From: a virus
Taxonomy: Duplodnaviria; Heunggongvirae; Uroviricota; Caudoviricetes
Virus record (IMG/VR): IMGVR_UViG_2690316224_000006
Length of the DNA: 7,662 nt
Reading direction: 5' to 3' (one strand)
Part shown: positions 1-6,294 of the stretch, in pieces
Layout: each line of letters starts with the position of its first letter
How positions within the stretch are numbered: the stretch's first letter is position 1
Made by a program: the position numbers and the translations under genes
The notes under the pieces: model-generated
Databases searched by the model: none
Told to the model about the DNA's origin: nothing
The model's input: only the letters and a program-made list of their open reading frames with translations

Positions 1-94
1 CCGTGGTTCGCTTGTGACCAGTAAGCATGAGCGAATGGCTGGCAGGTGCTACCAACACCCACCAGCCGCCCATTTTCACAGCAGGAAACCGCCA

Positions 95-298
95 TTACTG
101 GCAGCGTCTGAATTTATTCCCGTACCCGCCGTTATCCTTCGCCAGACCCGCCAGAACTAACTGAGTCAGTATTAACTGGCACCGGGCTTCGCTTACTCCG
201 GTAGTTCTCGTCATCATGCGTGGCGTTACCCACTTGTCAGCAGGTAAGAAATGAAGGACTGCGGCGGCGGTTTCTGTCATATCTTGCTGTTTTAGCAT
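95..298 (-). CDS. small hypothetical protein (67 aa from ATG at 298; the ORF extends to ATG at 322 for 75 aa); possible winged-helix fold
   Basis: Minus-strand ORF with TAA stop at 95-97. The internal ATG at 298 is preceded by AGAAGGGAAAAAGAC (SD-like, about 8 nt spacing), whereas the ATG at 322 has no convincing SD. The segment TTGVSEARCQLILTQLVLAGLAKD resembles a helix-turn-helix / winged-helix recognition region. No family is recognised with certainty. Confidence 0.35.
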   Translation of the reverse strand: MLKQQDMTETAAAVLHFLPADKWVTPRMMTRTTGVSEARCQLILTQLVLAGLAKDNGGYGNKFRRCQ

Positions 299-420
299 GT
301 CTTTTTCCCTTCTGGTTAACATGACATACCAATAACTCTTGTCTAAAAAGCCAGCAAGATAAAAAGTCAGTATTCACGGCCACCAGCGTGTTTACTGTAC
401 TGCACCAAGTTTACAGGTAC

Positions 421-446
421 AAAAAAACCGCTCAGTGGCGGGTTGC
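421..446 (-). terminator. putative rho-independent terminator downstream of the lipoprotein gene (second copy of the tR'-like motif)
   Basis: Plus strand reads AAAAAAACCGCTCAGTGGCGGGTTGC. On the minus strand this is a short GC stem (CCGC/GCGG, 6-nt loop) followed directly by TTTTTTT. It matches the 1097-1124 terminator at about 22 of 24 positions. The stem is only 4 bp, so it is weaker than copy A. Confidence 0.3.
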
Positions 447-521
447 TATCACAGCTATATATTTACTTATTATGCCGTTACTAACATTTATCTTCGACAT
501 ATAATCGAAAACAAGGTTTGC

Positions 522-947
522 TTAAAACTCTGCTTTCATTTTATCCGGGAATTTTTTATTTGCAGCATAATAACTACCAAGTACATAAGCGTTCATTTGC
601 TGCTCTACATCAACCCGACATGCCGCACTAGAACAAGCTCCACTGATAAGCCCAAAAGAACTCCCTTTAGCAGAGAGATCAGCTTTGATTTCCTCTACAG
701 TGTTTTTCCCCATAGCAACTACACACCCTGTCACAATATATCTAGCCTTCACATCATCCATGCTAAGGATAGTAGTTTTCGCAATTTTGCTGTATCCATC
801 ATTTTTATAAACATCCATGGCAAACGCACGGCAATCTGTATAATACGGACTTGCTTTAACTTGCGAATACTCAGGTAATTTCATACCTGCACAACCAACC
901 AAACAAAAACCTATCGCTGCTATTAATACCTTTTTCATTACAGTCAT
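522..947 (-). CDS. predicted lipoprotein of unknown function, moron-like (141 aa; alternative start ATG at 938 gives MKKVLIAAIGFCLVGC...)
   Basis: The N-terminus has a positively charged n-region (MKK), a hydrophobic h-region and a lipobox LVGC, with Ala rather than Asp at +2 after the lipidated Cys. The mature part contains four further Cys. The gene lies in a clearly AT-rich island (about 450-1080) between two terminator-like hairpins. TAA stop at 522-524. The SD is weak for both candidate starts. Confidence 0.6.
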   Translation of the reverse strand: MTVMKKVLIAAIGFCLVGCAGMKLPEYSQVKASPYYTDCRAFAMDVYKNDGYSKIAKTTILSMDDVKARYIVTGCVVAMGKNTVEEIKADLSAKGSSFGLISGACSSAACRVDVEQQMNAYVLGSYYAANKKFPDKMKAEF

Positions 948-1096
948 AACCTAGAAGCATCATTGAAACTAATTTATTAAATAATCATCGAGTTTCTGGA
1001 ATACAGACGTTAACCATCTCTCCAAAATCTAAAAGATAATAAGAAAAAATGTTTAACGCACCAATCCATTTCATAGTTTCATGAGACATCAGGCAC

Positions 1097-1124
1097 AAAA
1101 AAACCCGCTCAGCGGCGGGTTTTT
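1097..1124 (-). terminator. rho-independent (bidirectional) terminator, tR'-like, downstream of Q
   Basis: Plus strand reads AAAAAAA-CCCGC-TCAGCG-GCGGG-TTTTT. This is a 5-bp GC stem flanked by an A7 tract and a T5 tract, so on the minus strand the hairpin is followed by seven U. It sits about 105 nt downstream of the Q stop codon (1228). Confidence 0.6.
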
Positions 1125-1167
1125 GACATTTACCAACGGTAGACATACAAGGCCCATCGTTGAGAAA

Positions 1168-1196
1168 ATCTTATCCATATTTTTTGAAAAATGCAA
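1168..1196 (-). promoter_or_regulatory. candidate sigma70 late promoter (pR'-like) between Q and the terminator
   Basis: On the minus strand: TTGCAT (complement of 1191-1196), a 17-nt spacer, then TAAGAT (complement of 1168-1173). The match is 3/6 and 4/6 to the -35 and -10 consensus. Its position immediately after Q and before a terminator mirrors the lambda Q-pR'-tR' arrangement. Hand-scanned only, so this is weak. Confidence 0.25.
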
Positions 1197-1227
1197 GTAT
1201 CACGTCGACATCTTCGGCGAAAATTAT

Positions 1228-1980
1228 CTATCTTGTCACTTTTCTCAATTGCGATTCAGCATACGCTTCTTCCTGCCAGCACTTTGTAACCAGTTTATTA
1301 ATAACGTCTGCATATCCTTTGTACCACTGATAATCCGTCAGGTCCGGTACCAGTTTCTGGACATGATGCCGCGCCAGTGTGGTTGGTAAACGGCTAAACC
1401 GGTTGCCATTGCAACGCCCACAAATCTTATAAACAGGCACACCATGAAGCCGGGTTCTTTTTTCATCCAGGACAATACCTTTACCCTTACACCCTCTGCA
1501 CGCTGTGCTGACTTCTCCCTTACCATGGCAATGCTGACATAGTTCCTTCACCCACTCTTCCTTGATAACAGATTCCCCGCTTCTGGAGTGTTTCACCACT
1601 TCGCGCAATACATTATGAAATCCAGTACCAGCACAATGCTCACAGCGAGCCTTACTTGCCGCAGACCTGGAATAATCAGCAAAGGCAAAATTCACAAGGT
1701 AAGGGATGATCTGTAACCGGGTTTCTTCACTCAATTTGTTCAATGTCGGGTTATCCAGTGCCATCGCGTAATTGAGCAGACCTTCAATCGCAAATTGAGG
1801 ATCCTGAACACCAACTTTTGCCAGGAATAAGGCAAACCCAAGCGGTGCTTTCGACTGCACCATCCCCTGCGCAGCCATCACATCCGTAATCGTTAAACCA
1901 CCTGAGCCTGTCACCGGTGCGTCATCGCTCAATTTTGGAGATTTTGGGGAGTAATATTTTGGTAAGGCTTCAAGGTTCAT
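1228..1980 (-). CDS. late-gene antitermination protein Q (250 aa, lambdoid Q family with a Cys-rich zinc-binding region)
   Basis: ATG at 1980 is preceded by GGAGAACGAGC (SD). The ORF track's longer form begins at an upstream GTG at 2022. The N-terminus MNLEALPKYYSPKSPKLSDDAPVTGSGG... is recognised from memory as a prophage Q antiterminator. It contains four CxxCxGxx-type cysteine pairs (CEHCAGTG, CQHCHGKG, CRGCKGKG, CGRCNGNR). Synteny supports the call: rusA ... DUF968, Q, then a terminator. Confidence 0.8.
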   Translation of the reverse strand: MNLEALPKYYSPKSPKLSDDAPVTGSGGLTITDVMAAQGMVQSKAPLGFALFLAKVGVQDPQFAIEGLLNYAMALDNPTLNKLSEETRLQIIPYLVNFAFADYSRSAASKARCEHCAGTGFHNVLREVVKHSRSGESVIKEEWVKELCQHCHGKGEVSTACRGCKGKGIVLDEKRTRLHGVPVYKICGRCNGNRFSRLPTTLARHHVQKLVPDLTDYQWYKGYADVINKLVTKCWQEEAYAESQLRKVTR

Positions 1981-1993
1981 GCTCGTTCTCCAC

Positions 1994-2989
1994 TTACGCC
2001 AGTACGCCAATTGCCAGCGCACGATCGATAAAACGAAATATCAGCTCCAGCTGGGAGCCATACTTCTCTTCAAATGCCACGGTATCCGCATGCAGCTCGT
2101 CGTGATGCTTTCTGCACAAAGGCAACACAAAGAGGTCATGCGCTTTTGTACCCATTCCCCTCTGACCGTGACCTATCAGGTGGTGGGGATCATCAGCAGG
2201 CTTTCCACAACATGCACACGGCTGTGTCTTAACCCAGCGCGTGTACTTTTCATTAACCCAGCGGCGGCGTTTTGGGCGTAACATAAAAGACTCCGGCGAC
2301 TCCGGATCCACTTTCAGCGCCAGCACCTTTTTTGCCTTATCCTGGATGATGCTGGTGGCAGGAACCGAAGGCACAAGGTCACTTTCCCGGGTGACAGACG
2401 GCACAACAGGCTTTGGTAATCTCAGTGCCTTACGGGCTGCACTTTCCGGTAAGGCATCCGCCAGGTCATTACGAATCAGCCACCAGCACAGTTCCGGCAT
2501 TGTCACAACGTGACTATCATCAAAACCGAGATCCCGACGCACAACAGACAACACCCAGCGGGCACAGTTATCCGTTGCCATTGATTCCAGCCGTTCCGTG
2601 AACTGATCGCGCAGCTGGTTATCGCAGTGCCAGCACAGACGGATTGCGCCCGGAGCGTGTCGCATTGTGGTCATGTTCTCGCTGTGCCAGTCGGAATGAG
2701 GCCACTGGCAGCCTTTTTCACGACGTAACCAGCTTTCAAGACATTCCACGCCACCAGCACGACGGATCACTGCCTCATTGCGGAACACGGCCCGAACGGC
2801 AGGATCATCCGCCAGCGGTTGTGATGCCGCCGGAACGGCACCACTGGCGAAAGATGAATAACGTTCCGGCTCAGGCTCCAGCAGAACACGCCCCTGCATA
2901 AACAGGGGCATCAGCTCTGAACCTGGCCTGAACAATACGATCCCCATACGCGGGGCAATTTCAGGGGTCAGTAGTGCTCTCACGGTCAC
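1994..2989 (-). CDS. DUF968-family phage protein with a C-terminal HNH-like Cys/His motif (start uncertain; GTG at 2989 or an internal ATG)
   Basis: A 331-aa ORF directly upstream of Q, as in Qin-type prophages where a DUF968 gene precedes Q. The C-terminus CACCGKPADDPHHLIGHGQRGMGTKAHDLFVLPLCRKHHDELH resembles an HNH / zinc-finger nuclease motif. The annotated start codon is GTG, adjacent to the KilA-N stop, and no strong SD is seen for any candidate start. Confidence 0.65.
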   Translation of the reverse strand: MTVRALLTPEIAPRMGIVLFRPGSELMPLFMQGRVLLEPEPERYSSFASGAVPAASQPLADDPAVRAVFRNEAVIRRAGGVECLESWLRREKGCQWPHSDWHSENMTTMRHAPGAIRLCWHCDNQLRDQFTERLESMATDNCARWVLSVVRRDLGFDDSHVVTMPELCWWLIRNDLADALPESAARKALRLPKPVVPSVTRESDLVPSVPATSIIQDKAKKVLALKVDPESPESFMLRPKRRRWVNEKYTRWVKTQPCACCGKPADDPHHLIGHGQRGMGTKAHDLFVLPLCRKHHDELHADTVAFEEKYGSQLELIFRFIDRALAIGVLA

Positions 2990-2990
2990 C

Positions 2991-3800
2991 TCAATGAACG
3001 GTATCGAGCAGCTTTAACAGCTCAGGGAATCGGGATTCGAAGAAATGCGGCTGCGTCTCGCGCGGATTTGCAGGACTGGTGATGTTCTTGCCGAACATGC
3101 AGCCTTTCGCCGTCAGCGACCAGAATTTTTTGATGTTGTTAATCGCGGTACGGCTGTATCGTTCGCGTTGTTCAACGATCCCCAGCTTCACCATCTGGTG
3201 ATATGCCTGATTAGCCGTCAGGCGGATACCATACTGCTTCAGCAGTGCACTCAGCGACAGCGTGGGGCGACTTGAGCCATCAGGCGCGTCAGCAGGAGCA
3301 TCAATGGCATAGCGCGGTGCCAGATTCGGTAAGCCAACAGCCTCCTGAAGCTTCTGACAGGCTCCAAGCACTGATGAGTTAGACAGATTTAATTCCCGGC
3401 GCATAAAGTCCAGCAGGATCACGCCAGCCTGCATCTTGTCAGCAGCCTGTCCGGATAATTTTTCCGGTGCGCTGGTTACCATGTCGAAAGTACGGATCAC
3501 CTTCAGATGGAATGACGGGCTGATCCACATTGCATAGGCATACACCAGTTCTTTGCAGACATACGTCCCCTGGTTATTTCCGCCATTAATGACGCTAACT
3601 GGTTGATTTTGTTCCAGAGGCGGAATTCCACCCTCGGTGAAAAGTTGTTCAATCAATTCACAGGTTTGCTTATTGGAGAGCCAGTATTTCGGGCGGTTTT
3701 TTTGTTCTCCCCCGGCTGCCCTGTGCAGATCGTTCAGGCTGTAACGCCCATAAGCATCACGACGAACTTCAATACCATCAATGACCATCAGATTATTCAT
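2991..3800 (-). CDS. KilA-N domain protein (antirepressor-like, two-domain; 269 aa)
   Basis: ATG at 3800 is preceded by AGGAGAAACGAAGT (strong SD). The longer ORF-track form to 3848 is unlikely. The N-terminus MNNLMVIDGIEVRRDAYGRYSLNDLHRAAGG...PKYWL fits the KilA-N DNA-binding domain pattern. The C-terminal roughly 150 aa are unassigned. Confidence 0.75.
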   Translation of the reverse strand: MNNLMVIDGIEVRRDAYGRYSLNDLHRAAGGEQKNRPKYWLSNKQTCELIEQLFTEGGIPPLEQNQPVSVINGGNNQGTYVCKELVYAYAMWISPSFHLKVIRTFDMVTSAPEKLSGQAADKMQAGVILLDFMRRELNLSNSSVLGACQKLQEAVGLPNLAPRYAIDAPADAPDGSSRPTLSLSALLKQYGIRLTANQAYHQMVKLGIVEQRERYSRTAINNIKKFWSLTAKGCMFGKNITSPANPRETQPHFFESRFPELLKLLDTVH

Positions 3801-3819
3801 ACTTCGTTTCTCCTCTTGA

Positions 3820-4209
3820 TCAGGCGGCTGCACCCGCCGGTTTCTCATACTTACTGATAGTGATCTCGACCTTCCCTTTCTGGATAACCGGTCCCCACTC
3901 CACCAGCATTCTTTTCACCTGGCTGTCGTCTTCCCACACCCCCGCGTGGGTCAGGGCGTCAAACAGCGCCTTGTTATAGTTGTCCAGATCGCGGATCCGG
4001 TTATCCGGAGGAAACAACACGATCTCCACTGAAGCAGGTGCCGACGTTGGTTTTGGCAGACGACGTAACTGCTCAACTATTGCTGCGCACGCCGCGCTCT
4101 GGAATTTGCGCCCCGCCGCGCTTATCAGGCTTTTACCAGCAAACGCCCCTTTATTAGGGTGTCGCCAGTACGTATTCACGCTGGGCGGGAAAGGTAGGAT
4201 CAGTTTCAT
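3820..4209 (-). CDS. rusA: RusA-family Holliday junction resolvase (crossover junction endodeoxyribonuclease)
   Basis: The 129-aa protein MKLILPFPPSVNTYWRH...RDLDNYNKALFDALTHAGVWEDDSQV matches the RusA family in length and in conserved acidic motifs (DLDN, D-x-L). The ATG at 4209 overlaps the upstream stop (ATGA). Confidence 0.9.
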   Translation of the reverse strand: MKLILPFPPSVNTYWRHPNKGAFAGKSLISAAGRKFQSAACAAIVEQLRRLPKPTSAPASVEIVLFPPDNRIRDLDNYNKALFDALTHAGVWEDDSQVKRMLVEWGPVIQKGKVEITISKYEKPAGAAA

Positions 4210-4532
4210 ACTTTCAGGCCTCTCTCATGTAACCAGTGGGTGGCACGCAGCCTGGCGTTTTCCTCACCGGCAAGCAGTGAGCGGATAATCCCGACCGCCT
4301 CGCTGTCATCGTCCTTCACCGCGGTATGAAGCGTTATCCCCCGGGCCACGCCACGCTTTATCGTGATGACGCCTTTTTTCTCCAGTGCGCGAAGATGCTC
4401 CACCGCTGCATTCACTGAACGGTATCCCAGCATGGTTGCCACCTCCTGATTGGTTGGCGGGAAGCCACGTTCTTTCTGGTAAGAAATCAGCATATCCAGC
4501 ACCTGCTGCTGGCATTGAGTTAACGTCGTCAT
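4206..4532 (-). CDS. LexA N-terminal DNA-binding-domain protein (108 aa) lacking the S24 peptidase / dimerisation domain
   Basis: MTTLTQCQQQVLDMLISYQKERGFPPTNQEVATMLGYRSVNAAVEHLRALEKKGVITIKRGVARGITL aligns nearly residue-for-residue in pattern with the LexA winged-helix DNA-binding domain (PPT...E.A..LG.RS.NAA.EHL.AL..KGVI.I..G..RGI.L). The protein ends about 40 aa later, with no Ser/Lys protease domain. Start and stop both form ATGA overlaps with neighbouring genes. Confidence 0.8.
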   Translation of the reverse strand: MTTLTQCQQQVLDMLISYQKERGFPPTNQEVATMLGYRSVNAAVEHLRALEKKGVITIKRGVARGITLHTAVKDDDSEAVGIIRSLLAGEENARLRATHWLHERGLKV

Positions 4533-5182
4533 GCCGCCATCTCCCTGACCAGTTTTTCCGCCTGCTGGCGAACCTGCACCAGAAAGGCTTCACCACATGC
4601 CTCAAGTTCATCGCGCCCGATGTAGCTGATTGCCGGTCCCTTCCAGGTCTTGTCGAAAACAGCAATAGCACCAGCGAAGAAAGCGCCTGTCGGCACCTGC
4701 TTCTCATCCTTCGGGATAAACCAGGCAGGCAGTTCAAAACCAATACGCCCGCGAATAAAAGCAATATGGTCCGCATCTTCCGGCCACCACACTTCGCTGG
4801 TGGCAGCTTTGATCAGGAAAACATAGCGCCCGCCCTTATCACGCATGGCACTGGCATGTTTCATGATGTAACGCATGCCGGTGATGTATTGCCCCTCATG
4901 CTGACTGGCGCGGCTGTATGGGGGATTACCAAAGGCAGCACCTTTAAGCTCCGCAAGACGTTCTGACCAGTCATGCGCCAGCGCGTTATCTTCCGCCGTG
5001 TAATACGCGGCACATTTGGCGTTATCACCGTCAGTAAACAGATCCAGAACAAACGGGCCAAACAGGGTGTTAATTCCCCAGAAAATGTTGTCCGGCGTGC
5101 GCCACTGATCGCCCACTTCCTTCAGTTCATGGGCTGGTTTGTTCCGCAGTTCCACCAGCGCCTGGCAATATTTATTACTCAT
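4529..5182 (-). CDS. phage-type DNA N6-adenine methyltransferase (Dam family, orphan; 217 aa)
   Basis: The catalytic motif NPPY (FGNPPYS) is encoded at 4916-4927. An upstream W-R-T-P motif and the overall size match the phage Dam family. The ATG at 5182 overlaps the upstream TAA (TAATG). The ORF-track form to 5215 starts further upstream and is less likely. Confidence 0.85.
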   Translation of the reverse strand: MSNKYCQALVELRNKPAHELKEVGDQWRTPDNIFWGINTLFGPFVLDLFTDGDNAKCAAYYTAEDNALAHDWSERLAELKGAAFGNPPYSRASQHEGQYITGMRYIMKHASAMRDKGGRYVFLIKAATSEVWWPEDADHIAFIRGRIGFELPAWFIPKDEKQVPTGAFFAGAIAVFDKTWKGPAISYIGRDELEACGEAFLVQVRQQAEKLVREMAA

Positions 5183-5670
5183 TAAGCCCCCACGTAATTC
5201 CCTGACAGATACCACTCTTCACCCGATGCAGCGCGCTTGCTGCTTTTCCGTAAGCACCGCTCACGACGCGCCAGAAAATTGTTTCGTTCTGGCTGGGAGT
5301 GGCTTTCACGGAATGCCGCCATCCACACGGTTGCAGCACGACGGTATAAGCCCCTGGACTCCAGTTCTTCAGCCTGGCGGATCAGGCACAAAATCACCCG
5401 TGGATCGTTAGTGCCGACATAGAAATTGCGCACAGGTCTGGTTTCTCGAACTGGTTGTGGTTCCGGTTCCTGCGCTCTCTCAGTCAGGCGCGGGAAATGT
5501 CTGCGTGTATCTCCTTCACAACGGTGAGCCACACGCCCACTCTGACGTAACTTGCTTGCTGACTGCAGAACGCGCTGCCGTGAGTAACCTGCAAAAGCAT
5601 CCGCAATGTCTCCGGAAGTACACCCCGGATGGGCTTCAATGAATTTCTGAACTTCATTCAAAAGACTCAT
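5182..5670 (-). CDS. putative PerC-family-like transcriptional regulator with an N-terminal winged-helix-like extension (162 aa)
   Basis: ATG at 5670 is preceded by AGGGGGTGATC (SD-like) and lies 2 nt after the upstream TGA. The C-terminal segment LESRGLYRRAATVWMAAF...RRERCLRK resembles the PerC/Pch conserved core as remembered. The N-terminal 60 aa look like a small HTH, joined by a Pro/Glu-rich linker. The family call is from memory only. Confidence 0.45.
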   Translation of the reverse strand: MSLLNEVQKFIEAHPGCTSGDIADAFAGYSRQRVLQSASKLRQSGRVAHRCEGDTRRHFPRLTERAQEPEPQPVRETRPVRNFYVGTNDPRVILCLIRQAEELESRGLYRRAATVWMAAFRESHSQPERNNFLARRERCLRKSSKRAASGEEWYLSGNYVGA

Positions 5671-5672
5671 GA

Positions 5673-6089
5673 TCACCCCCTGAATCCTGCCGGGATCTGG
5701 CTGTAGTCCACGTTGTCGTAACTGGCTTTGAAGTACGGGTCCTCACGTCTGGCTGCAGATACCGCAGGAACTTCCCAGGATTCTTCGAAATGACGATCCG
5801 GACCAAAGAACGTGACAGCCTGTTTCACAAATTGTGTGCCGCTGTTACCCATCGCAGATACCCAGCCCGCGTAGCGTTTCACACCTTCCAGCATGGTTTC
5901 GGGGTTTACCCCCTCATTCAAACGGGCTTTCCAGGCTTTGAAGGCTGCAGATTTTGAATTGCCACCAGCACGTTTGGGATATACCAGCCATGCCTGCTCA
6001 AACTCCGGAGAGTATTCCGGTCGGTTTGAACGAACTCGCACGGACTCATCAACTGATGCACCAACAGCTATTGGTTCATTGACTGGTTC
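5673..6089 (-). CDS. replication initiation protein, C-terminal part (same gene as 6098-6696; broken by an assembly gap and duplicated flank)
   Basis: The open frame runs from the gap to TGA at 5673-5675. Its first 38 aa (RVRSNRPEYSPEFEQAWLVYPKRAGG...NPET) repeat the last residues of the upstream fragment, so the two fragments join in frame if one 197-bp copy plus the Ns is removed, giving about 272 aa in total. Confidence 0.6.
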   Translation of the reverse strand, partial: EPVNEPIAVGASVDESVRVRSNRPEYSPEFEQAWLVYPKRAGGNSKSAAFKAWKARLNEGVNPETMLEGVKRYAGWVSAMGNSGTQFVKQAVTFFGPDRHFEESWEVPAVSAARREDPYFKASYDNVDYSQIPAGFRG

Positions 6090-6294
6090 NNNNNNNNATG
6101 GTTTCGGGGTTTACCCCCTCATTCAAACGGGCTTTCCAGGCTTTGAAGGCTGCAGATTTTGAATTACCACCAGCACGTTTGGGATATGCCAGCCATGCCT
6201 GCTCAAACTCCGGAGAGTATTCCGGCCGGTTTGAACGAACTCGCACGGACTCATCAACTGATGCACCAACAGCTATTGGTTCATTGACTGGTTC
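5893..6294. repeat. 197-bp direct duplication (5893-6089 and 6098-6294, 3 mismatches) flanking an 8-N gap; probable scaffold-join artifact
   Basis: Directly read: the two copies are identical except for three substitutions (g/a, a/g, t/c). The N run at 6090-6097 separates them. Both copies encode the same peptide, with one V/A difference. Confidence 0.9.
6090..6097. other. assembly gap (NNNNNNNN)
   Basis: Eight ambiguous bases inside a coding region. Confidence 0.95.

Noticed and set aside
390-420. LexA/SOS box near the second terminator (CTGT...ACAG in TACTGTACTGCACCAAGTTTACAGGTAC)
   Set aside because: The spacing between CTGT and ACAG is 14 nt rather than the 8 nt of the CTGT-N8-ACAG consensus. 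No convincing SOS box was found by eye elsewhere either.
435-878. Plus-strand 147-aa ORF antisense to the lipoprotein gene
   Set aside because: Low-complexity, AT-driven translation with no start context. The minus-strand ORF has a canonical lipoprotein signal peptide and fits the operon direction.
1081-1389. Plus-strand 102-aa ORF spanning the terminator and the Q 3' end
   Set aside because: It runs through the terminator hairpin and is antisense to Q, with no SD. It is most likely a spurious frame.
1338-1526. Minus-strand 62-aa ORF nested inside Q
   Set aside because: It is fully contained in the Q gene in a different frame, with no independent support.
2991-3848. Longer 285-aa form of the KilA-N gene starting at 3848, and the GTG-extended forms of Q (2022), the PerC-like gene (5676) and the Dam gene (5215)
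   Set aside because: The extended starts overlap upstream genes or lack an SD, whereas the internal ATGs at 3800, 1980, 5670 and 5182 have good SD sequences or coupled stop/start overlaps.
4306-4776. Minus-strand 156-aa ORF overlapping the Dam and LexA-domain genes in another frame
   Set aside because: It is Arg/Ser/Gly-rich low-complexity sequence nested entirely within two well-supported genes, typical of an alternate-frame artifact in GC-rich coding DNA.
1917-5642. Remaining plus-strand ORFs from the track (1917-2105, 1979-2281, 2241-2513, 2413-2601, 2644-2901, 3045-3275, 3603-3857, 3980-4288, 4385-4966, 4973-5185, 5139-5411, 5237-5422, 5457-5642), plus the minus-strand ORF 4861-5061
   Set aside because: All are antisense to, or nested within, minus-strand genes that have recognisable domains, SD sequences and coupled junctions. 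None shows a recognisable motif.
5893-6294. A genuine tandem duplication of part of the replication gene
   Set aside because: The N run between the copies marks a scaffold join, and the copies differ slightly, which fits two alleles or contigs better. It cannot be fully excluded without reads.
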